The notes below the pieces were generated by a model. The model saw only the letters and a program-made list of their open reading frames with translations. It was not told the origin of the DNA and made no database searches. This document shows, in pieces, positions 46,401 through 56,671 of a stretch of DNA of 64,000 nt. Both the position numbers and the translations under genes were made by a program. Origin of the DNA: Chloropicon primus. Its lineage: Eukaryota. Position 1 is the stretch's first letter; the number at the start of each line of letters is the position of its first letter. Location of the stretch: contig CP060768.1 in the NCBI GenBank assembly GCA_023205875.1, positions 496,001-560,000 of the forward strand, read 5' to 3'.

Positions 46401-47458
46401 GATTGGAAGAAACGCTCGAGGACCAGACTCGTGTGGTGGGCCAGGAGAACCTCCTTGAAGTCCAGCAGGCTGTCCAGCAGACCCAAGATGCTGAGAACCT
46501 CGGTGGGGTCCAAGTAGCCCACGATCTCTTTCAGGGCCCCAAGGACGTGGAACGTTCTCGTGGTCGCCAGCTGCAGCTTGTGCTCAAAAGTCTTCCTGGC
46601 CTCCTTTTTGCTCTTCTCCTTGTGGATGTTCTCGTAAGCCTTGGTCACTTCCACCAACTCCCTCACGCTCTGCTCCCCGAATTCGAAGACCATCCGGCTC
46701 GCGTGCTGCAGGCTCGGCGCGTTCCCCTTCCCCTTCTCCTTCCCCAAGCCCGGGACCTGCCCGAGCCCCTGGCCCATGCCCCTCACCACCTGGGAGAGTC
46801 CGGCCTGGGCTCTCTTCCTCACCTTTGGCCTCGGATCCGTCGAGAAGGACAGCAGGAGTCCGAACGCGGAGGACGCCTGAAGAAAGTTGGACGGGTCGTG
46901 AGCGCACAGCAGGGTCGACAGGCAGCCCACGCCAAACTTGGCGCACTGGGTCTGGCTCGAGCCCGTGCCAGTGTTCGCGCTCGTGCTAGGCTTCTCCGGC
47001 TGGTGCACCACCACCTTCGTCTCGAGCACCTTGCACACAACCTTGATGCTCCTCGCGAACTTCATCTGCACGGCTTGCATCTGCATCCTCGACGCGGCCT
47101 CCTCCAGAAGGTACAGCAAAGCAGCCTCGTCCTTGCTCCTCGCCTCGACTTCCATCGGGCTCCCCGCCCCGTCACCCGCCGCCGCTATCCCCTCCAGCGC
47201 GAGAACGAGAGCCGCGAACAGGGCCGCCGGCTTCGGCTCCATCTGCTTCACCTCCAAGGCCGCCACCATTGCCTTCAACATTGCACATATCCTCCTCGAC
47301 TCTCCCTGCACGGATCTCCCATGTCTCCTAAAGATATCCTCCACCATGCTCCTTCCTCCTTGGTCCCCCGCTCCCTCCGAAGCAAGGTTCCAGTCCACAC
47401 CACCCCATGGCCTCTCTCCCTCGCCAGCGAGCGCCGTCTTCAAGTCTCCGAGCTCCAT
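43463..47458 (-). CDS. RRP12: RRP12-like ribosome biogenesis/export factor
   Basis: A 1331-aa HEAT-repeat protein with DPRPKVRKRAQ, QIWQTLPSFC, NFLPLLFNLF, HMISATIVAL and KLEPFAYWP. Confidence 0.92.
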   Translation of the reverse strand: MELGDLKTALAGEGERPWGGVDWNLASEGAGDQGGRSMVEDIFRRHGRSVQGESRRICAMLKAMVAALEVKQMEPKPAALFAALVLALEGIAAAGDGAGSPMEVEARSKDEAALLYLLEEAASRMQMQAVQMKFARSIKVVCKVLETKVVVHQPEKPSTSANTGTGSSQTQCAKFGVGCLSTLLCAHDPSNFLQASSAFGLLLSFSTDPRPKVRKRAQAGLSQVVRGMGQGLGQVPGLGKEKGKGNAPSLQHASRMVFEFGEQSVRELVEVTKAYENIHKEKSKKEARKTFEHKLQLATTRTFHVLGALKEIVGYLDPTEVLSILGLLDSLLDFKEVLLAHHTSLVLERFFQSSQLSYTMKPQALATLLQNLIERLLIIEDLMADSDIASSTLNMLLSGFRALNRLDSELCLECIPRLFHQCLHYFRRKDSEVFRIKVSSVLSELMDLCITDEAVRKALICVQSGDARHKKQNPVLSIITGVEAMLTVPYQDSWNSAFQLISKLALVVGDKHGALMKPMLQEVGLLAAGPENEWTEAIQECVGNAVRALGPECILDAIPLNIEDAVENGTEANSWLVFILKKNVHGASLEFWSKTLLPLARKVGEYASQLSSGEDVERAVLLAALEHQIWQTLPSFCRWSSDTAIGFKSLARSLGAALQNREDLRNYICNAITCIVKQNQTVLREAQENKDVFDGQSVSGEGSEFDFDESFPIPEFYDEDFAKANLDAVASFAKNFLPLLFNLFVSSRPSERGQIYDAIAAFGTITDSETLDGFYKNILKRMANSLQTIQSEGDKSMRDASIEQQGMLMDIAAALVPGLKREALEKLLSIVNVSIVYKDSGIQKKSYKLLFCMLKRSGDLKPTSILGIQESLSNAQGVCYAPAKKNRLLCVRAMISIIDSRVEDKEKDQETMTAMVTEIVMCTKEKNSKTHKAALDLLADIASSFKGLESVNDGPLLEPGPLGFINVVAGGLVASHPHMISATIVALTRLVYQYSDEIGPEVVMDVENAVSMLLKTKSREVVKSVLAFLSMYVTTIDGATLHGQLPKVIESLLIWANDTKNRFRLKIRHILEKVIRTLGIDEVTKYIPEEHLPLIRHIRKQKSQEKRKREGSVAGFSVKTRETAGKRTTWTYMEDEANDMGDNVTSSKFGATTVRSSGTAVRKRARRDPGGGLNDLSTSEPANLLDNREMVKMNARNMPSRGDSDSEDDIQFKTRKKDGKLIIKDDKYEKRERGSDEEMDDRRSVRSGRTARTSRTSKSGATMKTNRTSKTHASGKTIVKTKGTKKLEPFAYWPMDRKMLNRRAAKRKDAKKGLLHVVKSKGAKKGKKSNR

Positions 47459-47519
47459 GCCCCCTCCGCTTCACCCTTCCTCTGCCTTGCCGAGCACAAA
47501 CCAAGGGATGCCTCAGCCG

Positions 47520-48035
47520 CCACGAGTCCAAACCCTTCGAATGACGGCTCGAACGAAAGCTATCGAGACGCTCTCTCGCGTGATTTGATTCTCCTCCGCT
47601 TCTTCCGAACCCTTCGTCCCTTACGCGCGTCACAAAGTCAAGCCTCTCGCGACGTGCGCAGCAGCCTTGGTTCCAGACTTTGGGATCGCTGGCGGCGCCC
47701 TTGGGAGAGAGAGAGAGAGGGGAACGAGGCGACGACCGAACTTTGGGACGAGATTGAGGGCGGTGGAGGGGAGGTGGAGGGAAAGAGAGGGGTAAAACGG
47801 GGTGGTGGGGCTCGCGGGCTTTCCATCGGTACCTTCGTGAACGAATTCGGCCCACTGGTTGAGGAGAAAGGGCGACGAAGGCTGCCTCGTGATAACGGAG
47901 GAGAGGAAGGGCATTGCGACGAGGGAAGAGAGGAATTGAAGGCGGTGGAGGGGAGAACGGGGGGGAGGGGAAGGGTGAATCGGAGTGGTGCGACTCGTGG
48001 GCTTTCCATCGGTACATTCGTGGACGAATCCGGCC
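47520..48035. promoter_or_regulatory. Three copies of the dispersed promoter motif in the RRP12/enoyl-CoA hydratase divergent promoter (- core 47554; + cores 47819 and 48002)
   Basis: ctcgcgggctttccatcggtaccttcgtgaacgaattcgg and ctcgtgggctttccatcggtacattcgtggacgaatccgg lie 183 bp apart. The reverse copy reads cgtctcgatagctttcgttcgagccgtcattcgaagggtttgg. Confidence 0.65.
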
Positions 48036-48094
48036 ACCGCGTCACTCACTCTCGTTGAGGAGAGGGGGCGGTTGGTTGGTTGGGAAGGAAACTG

Positions 48095-49057
48095 ATGGTG
48101 CTGGGGTTGTTGGGCTTGCAGACGGTAACGCGGAGGACGACGACGGCACTGACGAGGCGCAGCGGGGCGTCATCACCCTGGGAGAGATTGTGGACGAGGA
48201 GCACGGCCACGGGGGCGAGGATGGAGGTGGAGTACGAGGTGAGGGGGGGAGGGGTGGGCGTGATAACCTTGAACGCGCCGGAGAGGAGAAACGCTTTTAC
48301 TGTGGGCATGGCGAGGAGTTGGAGGGAGCTCGTGGACAGGCTCGAGGGGGAGATCGAGGGGGCTGATGCGGAATCCGCGCCGCGGGCCTTGGTCCTCAGA
48401 GGCAGAGGTCTGTCCTTCTGCGCAGGGGGGGACCTGTCCATGCTGAGTGACATCGCGGAGAGCGAAAGGCTGGAGGAGAACGCCAGGACGCTCACCTCGT
48501 TGTACTCGAGCTTCCTGTCGATAAGGAGGCTCGGCATTCCGGTGGTGGCCGCGCTCCACGGCCACTGCGTCGGTGGGGGCGCGGGGATCGCCGTCGGGTG
48601 CGCGGACGTGAGGGTCTGCGCCAAGGACACCAAGCTGCGGTTCAACTTTCTGCGGGAGCTCGGGATAACGCCGGGCATGGGAACCACGAAGACGTTGCCC
48701 GACCTGCTGACGAAGGCCCACGCCACGAAACTTCTCTTGCAGCTGCCGAGCCAGGACGTGACGCCGGAGGAGCTGTGCCACCTTGGGCTGGTCGTCAAGG
48801 TAGCAGAGGACCGGGACTCTGCTTTTGAGGAGGCGCTGGGCGTGGCCGCGGAGCTTGCGAGGGCGAACCCTGTTGCGACGCGGAGCATGATCCGAACCCT
48901 CCGCAGCTCGAGGGATCAACTGGACCGACTGGAGGAGGTTCTCATGGAGGAGGGGCGACTTCAAGCCCAGGCATTCGCCTCTCCGGAGTCGAGAAAGGTA
49001 TTCAAACGCATAAGAAGCAGGATGCTGCAAGGGGTGCAGCCAAAGTCCAAACTGTAG
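48095..49057 (+). CDS. Enoyl-CoA hydratase/isomerase (crotonase) family, with C-terminal SKL
   Basis: ITLNAPERRNAF, SFCAGGDL, PVVAALHGHCVGGG and LGITPGMG. The protein ends in KSKL. Confidence 0.9.
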   Translation: MVLGLLGLQTVTRRTTTALTRRSGASSPWERLWTRSTATGARMEVEYEVRGGGVGVITLNAPERRNAFTVGMARSWRELVDRLEGEIEGADAESAPRALVLRGRGLSFCAGGDLSMLSDIAESERLEENARTLTSLYSSFLSIRRLGIPVVAALHGHCVGGGAGIAVGCADVRVCAKDTKLRFNFLRELGITPGMGTTKTLPDLLTKAHATKLLLQLPSQDVTPEELCHLGLVVKVAEDRDSAFEEALGVAAELARANPVATRSMIRTLRSSRDQLDRLEEVLMEEGRLQAQAFASPESRKVFKRIRSRMLQGVQPKSKL

Positions 49058-49189
49058 AAGCGAGAGATAAGCAATGTCTGCGCGCAACGCTTTCATGAAG
49101 TGAAGTATGTACACAAAATAACAACTGCTGCTGCCGTGCTCTGCTTAGGGAACCCCCTCCCCCCTCCCCAAATACTCCTCGCTTCAGTC

Positions 49190-49889
49190 CTAGCACGTTT
49201 TGACCTGACTGATGAGCCACTTGATTCCGTCGTCCACCCCTTCCCCCGTGATGGCGGAGCACCCTTGAAGCCTCCAGGCCCTCTGGAGGTGGTTCGCCAG
49301 GTCGTTTAGGCCGACTTCCTTGGCCACTTGGGCTCCAGTCCCCGCGTGCCGAAGGTCCATCTTATTCGAAAATAGGAGCAACGGCTTCTTCTCCAGTTCT
49401 GAGTGCTTGACAACCCCGAGGAGAGCCTCCCGAGCCTCCGAAAAGCGGCGATGGTCCGCTGCATCCACGACGAACAGGATTCCCTGCACGTCCTCATAGT
49501 AACTGACACAAACACAGAGCCCAACGACAACAGTCAGTAAGGCAAAGGAGAGGAGCATAAGTCGTGTGCTGGTGAGAGAGACAGGAGCGAGGAAACCGGT
49601 TGTCTTACGTTTGCCAGAGCTCCCTGTAGCACTGTTGGCCAGACATATCCACTATGTTCAGCTTGAGGCCTTTCGAGAAAGGGGAATCCACCTTCTCCAC
49701 CTTGAACCCAATGGTCGGCTGGACGTTCAAGATGTCTCCCTCCTGCAGCTGCTCGGCGTCGCCACTGAAGCCCTGGATGGTCTTGGCCAGTGTCGTTTTC
49801 CCGCTGTTGTCAAGTCCCACCACCAAGAGGGTGGCTTTGGCCTTCTTCAACCGCATCGCGACCAGTAGTCGTCGCCACAGACGAACCAT
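49190..49889 (-). CDS. ARL6: ARF-like GTPase ARL6/BBS3. Exons 49609-49889 and 49190-49502
   Basis: LVVGLDNSGKTT, PTIGF, the ARL6-type DMSGQ..YR.LW, NKMDL and CSAITGEG. The intron is GTAAGA..CAG. Confidence 0.85.
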
Positions 49890-50161
49890 AGCACCTCCCT
49901 TCGTTCCAAGACCTCGTTCGGGTATCTCAGCAATCTCTCGGACCCTCTCACTCTTGTTCTTCGCTCCCGTTGAGTTGTCGCCTGTGAGTGTGTCGGTGTG
50001 TGTGTGTGTGTGTGTGAGTGAGTGAGTGTGTTTGTCGCCTTCTCCTCTCTTCGTCTAGCCTTCACGTCATTGCCATCGCCATCATTGCCATCGCCATCAT
50101 TGCCATCGCCAACCACCATCTGTCCCGCGGGAGAGAACGAGCCTTGGCCTTGGCCTTGGAC

Positions 50162-50212
<51 letters not shown>

Positions 50213-50894
50213 GATGCTCTTGTCTGTTTCTCTTCTCTTGCGTTTACTTACCTTAATGGTGAGGAAGGACCTGCAAGCAGAACTTGTCCATGGGATGCAT
50301 GCACCTTGCAAACGAGGAACGGGTTCAAACCATCCCAATGCTCGCAAAAAAGGAACAAGGAACAAGGAAAAGAGGACCTCTCTTCTTCCCCTTCTTCGGC
50401 CTCTCTCTCCTCTTCTCTCTCTCTTGTATGGGTATGGGTATGGTATGGGTTTAGGTTTAGGTTTGCTTGGATATCTCCCGCGGTTTTTGTCCTTGAGGAT
50501 ATCACCGATCGATTGATTATCGATTGATTGAGGCAACGCAAGGCATCGACACAAGGCATCGCCGAAGAGAGCAACCAAGGAGGAGATTGCGCAACCTCTG
50601 GACCAAACCCAAGGCTTTGGCTTACCACACCACGGTGTGATAGAACAGGGAACGAAGCCAGCTTGACCTTGGCCTCCACAGGATACACGCACGCACGCAC
50701 ACACACGCACACACACACACATACTGAGAGCAAAGCAATAGAGGGTGGAGAGAGGGAGAGGTGGCCTTGGCTTGGCTTGGCTTGGCTTGACTTGTGTATC
50801 GTTGAAAGATCCCACCTTTGGAAGAGGACAAGAGAGCGACAAGAGAGCGGGTTTTGATCTTCTTCTTCCCTTGAGAAGGAAGGAAGGAAGGAAG

Positions 50895-53336
50895 ATGCAG
50901 AGAAAGGGTGAGCGTGGCACGAGGGAAGAGGACGCCGTGAAGAACTTTTCTCGCAAGATCGCCAAGGCTGTCTTGAGTCCCCGAGAGGACCTGGATGATA
51001 CCCTCGCCATGGCGTCAGGGAGCCAGGAGGACGGGGCCGGAGGGGACAGTGGGGAGGAAGTGGACGTCTACGAGGTCGTTGACAGGTACAAGCAAGAGTT
51101 GGAAGATATCATATCGACCTTGGCGCCAAGTATGCGGGCGAAGCGTGGAGGCTCGGGAGGAGTGAAGAAGGCTTGGGGCGAGGAAACGGAGGGGGGCGTC
51201 TCCTTGGTGGGCAGCAAGGGGAAGAAGAGCCCGACCAAGTCTTCTGGTCACGGGGACACAGATAATGTGGACGAGAAGGAGCTGCGGAGGTATCAGAGGT
51301 CCCTGCTGGAGGACCAGCGCCGGGGCGGGGGTGGCCTCGAGGAGGAGGAGGAGGTGGGCCAGCGGGTTTTCGACACTGTGAGCAACTTTAGCAAGGACGT
51401 GGCGAACTTCAAGGAGCGGGTCGGTCGGGGACAAGGCCAGGGGCCGCCCACGGTAGAGGCAAACCTGACGGAGGACTTCTTCTTCGAGATGCCGGGGCAG
51501 GAGGGCCACGACCACGACCACGACCGCCGTCACAATCACAACGAGGAGGAGGAGGAGGAGGAGGAGGAGGACCACACCGACGAGGTGGGTGAGTTGGACC
51601 GGGAGGACCGGAGGATGAGTGAGATAGAGGGCATGGAGGGTTTTGGGGCTGCAGGGAGCGCTGAGCTGGCTTCCAGGTCATACGGCAAGGTTGGCAGGGA
51701 CAGGAATGGGCACAGTATTCACCCCGGGCATCATGCGAACGGCCGCCGCGGGGACTATGGTGGCGACCACGACCGCCTTGAGATGGATGAGGGCGGTCAC
51801 CAGGCCTCGTTCATGCAGGAGTTTAGCGGCCAGAACGGCCAGGTCAGCGTGAACGCGGTTGAGCTTGATGCGATCCAACAGGAGCTAAGGGAGCTAAGGG
51901 AGTGGAAGCAGACTGCTGAGGAGAGCATCTCGAGGCTGCACCACCAGCTGGCGATGAGCCAGCAGGCGGTCTTTGACCTCACGGAAAAGATGGGGCTCGT
52001 GATAGAGGAGCAGAAGAGCGTGAGGTCCGAGCTCCAGTACCGCAGTCATGCGGCGAGCAAGGCGCACCCCGTGAGGAGGGAGAGCGAGGAGTACCACCAT
52101 CACAGCAGTTTGGAGGACACCGAGGAGAAGATGGACATGATGCCGTCGAGGGACGGGAGGACGTTGAGAAAGAGCAGGGGGGCCTCCTCCCTGGGCAGGA
52201 GGGAACGCGAGCGGGGGGCTCCAGCGGACCACGGCTACGAGCAGACCCACGCCTTCAAGCACCCCAAAGCCAGCAGCTTGGACCCTGGTCAGGATCTGCA
52301 CAAGTACATCGAGGAGGTGAAGGCCAAGGTCGCGAGCGAGCCTCAGGCGCAGCTGTCCTCGAAGGCAAAGGCAGGCTTGCCCACCAGGAAGGAGGGCGGC
52401 GGGAGGAAGGCAAAGACCAAGCTCAGGAGCAAGCACGGCCAGGCCTCCTCCTCTTCGGGCTCCCAGCTCGCGGCCTCTGCGTCTGGGGCAGGCAAGCTGA
52501 AGAGCGTGATCATCGATCGGGTGCCGAAATCCCTTGAGGTCGCCTTGGAGGCCGTCCACGCCCTTCGGCCCTTTGATGGCGGCATGTCGGCGCCCTCGAG
52601 CCAGCTCCAGGGCCCCTTGGACATGGGAGACATGTCGGACATGGAGGACCACTCCGAGGTGTCCTCCATGTCTGAGGAATCGGACGTGGTCATGGAGCAA
52701 GAGAGGCTGGCGGACGAGAAGCGCGAGATGGAGCTCAACAGGCAGTGGTCCCTGGAGCACTACCTCGGGCCCGGCGCCGGGCCAAGGAAATTCCACAGCA
52801 TGGAGTGCGAGAGGCAGGCGGAGCACCACCAGCACGAGTACGAGGATCGGGGCGGCGTGGACGGCGGGGGCGGCGTGGACGCCACCTCGGGCGCTCACGC
52901 CCCCCAGGTGATCCCGCCAAAGCCCAAGGACTACTGGCTGGAGGAGATGCTGGGTGCCATCGACCAGGAGTTCCACTCCCTTCGGGAGGAGCAGAGCCAC
53001 GAGGGGTCCTACGAGCTGAGCTCCCCGAGCCGGGGAGGGAAGAAGAGATCCGGCGGGTTGCTGAGGAAGTCCAAGGCCTCGCCGTCGTCCAAGATGCAGG
53101 TCAAGGCCAAGGTCGACACCGGACTCGTGGGTCTGAAGAAGAAGCCCAAGGCCAAGGCCGGGGCCTCCAGCAAGAAGAAGCTTACCTTTGCCGAGAGCCT
53201 TGGGGACTGGAAGACGGGCCTGAGGGGTGCGCGGCACGACGGGTCGGAGAGGCCCAAGTCCGCAAAGCCCAAGAAGAGGGTGGCCAAAGCGAAGAAGAGG
53301 CCGGCGACGGCGTCCAGGTACATGAAGACCACGTGA
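50895..53336 (+). CDS. Hypothetical disordered/coiled-coil protein
   Basis: An ORF of about 810 codons with host-like codon usage, a central coiled coil and a K-rich C-terminus. Confidence 0.7.
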   Translation: MQRKGERGTREEDAVKNFSRKIAKAVLSPREDLDDTLAMASGSQEDGAGGDSGEEVDVYEVVDRYKQELEDIISTLAPSMRAKRGGSGGVKKAWGEETEGGVSLVGSKGKKSPTKSSGHGDTDNVDEKELRRYQRSLLEDQRRGGGGLEEEEEVGQRVFDTVSNFSKDVANFKERVGRGQGQGPPTVEANLTEDFFFEMPGQEGHDHDHDRRHNHNEEEEEEEEEDHTDEVGELDREDRRMSEIEGMEGFGAAGSAELASRSYGKVGRDRNGHSIHPGHHANGRRGDYGGDHDRLEMDEGGHQASFMQEFSGQNGQVSVNAVELDAIQQELRELREWKQTAEESISRLHHQLAMSQQAVFDLTEKMGLVIEEQKSVRSELQYRSHAASKAHPVRRESEEYHHHSSLEDTEEKMDMMPSRDGRTLRKSRGASSLGRRERERGAPADHGYEQTHAFKHPKASSLDPGQDLHKYIEEVKAKVASEPQAQLSSKAKAGLPTRKEGGGRKAKTKLRSKHGQASSSSGSQLAASASGAGKLKSVIIDRVPKSLEVALEAVHALRPFDGGMSAPSSQLQGPLDMGDMSDMEDHSEVSSMSEESDVVMEQERLADEKREMELNRQWSLEHYLGPGAGPRKFHSMECERQAEHHQHEYEDRGGVDGGGGVDATSGAHAPQVIPPKPKDYWLEEMLGAIDQEFHSLREEQSHEGSYELSSPSRGGKKRSGGLLRKSKASPSSKMQVKAKVDTGLVGLKKKPKAKAGASSKKKLTFAESLGDWKTGLRGARHDGSERPKSAKPKKRVAKAKKRPATASRYMKTT

Positions 53337-54580
53337 GTCGGCAAGTCGGCATTGTATTGCATTGCATTGCGAACAACAACAAAAGACGATTGTAAATTCT
53401 TTTGTTGTTGTTGATATCATATATATTTTATTTTGTGCGAGTCCACCAGCCAAGGCACCACCTTCCTGTCGTACCACTGCCCCACCCACCGGACCCACGA
53501 AGAAAAGAACGAAACCCAAAGGCATCTCTCTTCCGAAGCCCCGAGTGGCCGGAACGCCAAAGGTTTTAGTCCCCTCCCTCGCCTCCTTCCTCCTTCCTCC
53601 TTCGAACAGAGGGAACAGAGGAGGAGCGAGCAAGGACGGCGAGGCCGTTCCTCGTCCGAGGGGTTCATTCAAATGGTGGAACGACAGCTGCAGACTTTTG
53701 TGTAGGTTTCCCTTGTTCTTGTTGGGAACATTCCCACGAATTTCCCTTTCCCGCGGGAAATGTGGATTTTTTCACCCGAATTTGGCGCCAAATCAAAAAG
53801 GAGGCGGAGGTTGGTTCGTGTAGAAATCCCTTTGGTTTCGACAACCAGAGGGCGCCAGCGCTCGTGTCCTCATCCTCCTTGGGGGGGAAAGAGCAGAACA
53901 GGGCGGGAGGAGGGCCTTGAAGAAAGAAAGAAAGAAAGACGAGAGCCGAACCGAGACGATCCCCAACGACACACAAACCGACGCACACAAAGAGCAGGGA
54001 TCGCAAAGTCAGGTCCTCGAGGTTGGGATCGACGCGACGGGCGACGTGTTTGGGTTCGTGCTCGCGACGGGGATGGGCGCACGCCGAGAAGACGACAAGA
54101 AAAAGAAGAAAAAATAAACGGAAAGTGGTTTTGTCTTTGCCCCATCGCGTCTCGTCGCGGTCTCGTGGCGTCTCGTGTGACGGATCGGGAACGAATTCTC
54201 GAGCAAGAGAAGGACGACTTCCTTCCGTCTTTGTGACTGGGCGGAGAGGAACGTGCGGTCGAACCTCGGACGACTTTCCTTTCCGGGTTTTTCTTTCCTC
54301 GAAGACCACCGAGGCTCGCGATCCCGATCCCTAGATCGACGCGATTGCGCGAAACCCGGAGAGTTCCGGAAAAGAGTCTGAGCGTTGCCCGACGAGACGC
54401 CGCTGCTTGACCGAACCTGCTTGCTTGTTTCTTCTTGTTGTTTTTGTGGATCAATTGTGAAACACCAAAATGCTCGGCCTTTGATCCAAGGGAAGAGGAA
54501 AGGGAGACAAGGCAGGGGGCTTTCGAGTCGTGAGAAGCGGAACTGAAGAGAGAGAGAGAGAGAGAAAGAGACAGTGAGAC

Positions 54581-56023
54581 ATGAGGGAGATCAAGCCCGG
54601 TTTCGGCCAGGTCATCAGCGGGCAGTGCTCGTACTACCAGGTGAGCTCGTCGTTCGACAACACCGCCAGCGCGACGACGACGGCGAGGGGGAACAACGGG
54701 ATCCCATCATCGAGAACGTACTCCCCCAGGACCCCGGACCAGCAAGGGCTCTGGGCCAACCCAGGAGAGGCGGCTTTGATGTCGCAGCAGCAGGTGGAGT
54801 ACCCGCGGGTCAAGAGAGCGAGGAGGCAACTTGACCTGGAGGGAAGGGTCGGAGACGGCGGAGGAGGCGTGGGAGAGGACCGGGTGACCGGATTGGGATC
54901 GGGCCGCCTCGAGACCCTCTCCCCCCTGACGGCCTACGAGCCGTCCTTCGGGGTGCCCTTCTCGGACATGCCCAATTCCTTGTCGCCGCCGCAGCCCCCC
55001 CCGCAGGTCCAGCACCACGGCGAGGGCGCCCACAACCCAGGGGGCATCATGGGGCCGCCGTCGCCGCAGCAGCAGCAGCACCAGAAGCAGCGGAGCGCTG
55101 CTTCGGGGCCCAAGGCGCCCCCCCCGCAACGCAAGCAGAAGCAGGCGTCGGGGCCCAAGCGGGGGAACTACAGGTGCAGCAAGTGCGGCCAGCTGAAGAA
55201 GGGCCACATCTGCCCAATGAAAAAGGCGACGACGTGCAAGACCGTGCCCCAGCAGGCGGGCGGCTCCAGGAACCCCGGCACAGCCCATGATGAAGGGGGG
55301 AGGGGCGCTTACGGCCACCTCGCGGGAGACCAGGCGGGCGTCGTCGAGCCCTACCTCGCGAGCGGCGCCATGATGACGCCCCCCAGGCAGGGGGGCAGGC
55401 CGGGCGGCTCGTCCAGCCCCAGCAGCACGACCACGGGGTACTTCGCCCCGCAGCAGCACACGAGGGGACCGGGAACCCCGCCCATGATGACCCCGCCCCA
55501 GAGGCAGGTCAGGAACTTGACCTTCACCATTGCCAGAGGGACCAGAATCGCGTACAAGTCCCCGCCGCAGCAGAGGTTCGTGGCGCAAACCCAGAGCCCC
55601 CTCCTCCGCTCCCCTCGCAGGGTGCCGCTCAGCCCCGGGCCAGGAGGCCAGGTGCACTACGGGCAGGCCGGGGCTGGAGCGGGCCGTGCCCTCCACCCAC
55701 AGGTCAGGTCCCAGAGGGAAGTGATGGACGCGTGGCTGATCAACGTGTTCGCCAAGCTGGACCCCACGGCCCTGCTCACGGTGGGCCAGGTGTGCAGCCA
55801 CTGGAGAAAGGTCGCAAAGTACGTTTGGAACTACGTGACTGACATCAAGCTGGAGAAATCTTCGGCGGAGCGCAACCTCCCAAGAGTGCTTTGGCACGCC
55901 AGGAACCTGGAGAGGCTCACCGTGGCCAAGGGCGACAAGGCCGTTAACTTGGTCTTCAAGCCCACCGAGACCCCCGAGGCGCGACTGAAGAGGGCCACCA
56001 AGGCCGTGAAGAGCGTTGCTTAG
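54581..56023 (+). CDS. Protein with a CxxC-x6-HxC zinc knuckle and a C-terminal F-box-like motif
   Basis: NYRCSKCGQLKKGHICP and DAWLINVFAKLDPTALLTVGQVCSHWRKVA. Confidence 0.75.
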   Translation: MREIKPGFGQVISGQCSYYQVSSSFDNTASATTTARGNNGIPSSRTYSPRTPDQQGLWANPGEAALMSQQQVEYPRVKRARRQLDLEGRVGDGGGGVGEDRVTGLGSGRLETLSPLTAYEPSFGVPFSDMPNSLSPPQPPPQVQHHGEGAHNPGGIMGPPSPQQQQHQKQRSAASGPKAPPPQRKQKQASGPKRGNYRCSKCGQLKKGHICPMKKATTCKTVPQQAGGSRNPGTAHDEGGRGAYGHLAGDQAGVVEPYLASGAMMTPPRQGGRPGGSSSPSSTTTGYFAPQQHTRGPGTPPMMTPPQRQVRNLTFTIARGTRIAYKSPPQQRFVAQTQSPLLRSPRRVPLSPGPGGQVHYGQAGAGAGRALHPQVRSQREVMDAWLINVFAKLDPTALLTVGQVCSHWRKVAKYVWNYVTDIKLEKSSAERNLPRVLWHARNLERLTVAKGDKAVNLVFKPTETPEARLKRATKAVKSVA

Positions 56024-56671
56024 AGAGCTTCCATCGGGGGCGTTGGTTGGGCAGAGGACCGGGCGACGAGCTCGGGCCTTTTGGACTTTTTGTATGGATT
56101 GGGCTGGAGAGAGAAAGGGATAACGAGCAGTGAAAGGCTACCGCTACCATAGACGTACCTGCACTATCATAAACAACAGCAGCAATTATAAATTCTTACC
56201 GTTGTAATGTACAATCATCCATTCGAGTTGTCTTGCTTTTGTGGGAACCAAGCCGGAGAGCGGACGACCCGACAAGCGCATCGTCTCTTTCGGAGGAAAA
56301 GAAGGAGCAGACAAGCACCCGTTGTGCTGAGTTCTTCCACACTGTCGGCCGCTCCTGTGGTGTCCCCAAAGAAACAGACCTTCCTTGGCCTTGGCCTTGG
56401 TTCACAAAACCCCCCATGCCATCCAAGTCAAAGTCAAAGTCCTTTCCTTCGATGGCGACATGACCCGACCGTTACAACTTCAAACTCCGAAACCGACAGA
56501 AGAGAAGCGGAGCGGAGAGCGCGACGACGAGGACGACTCATCAAGTGACGGGAGGGTCGAACTAGCGGCGAGGGGAAGCACCAAGGACACGAGCGTGGTC
56601 GCCAAGCGAAGCGCTGACGCGCGCGCGCGCGAGAGAGAGAGAGGAACGGAGAACGGAAGGGGAGTGGAGGG

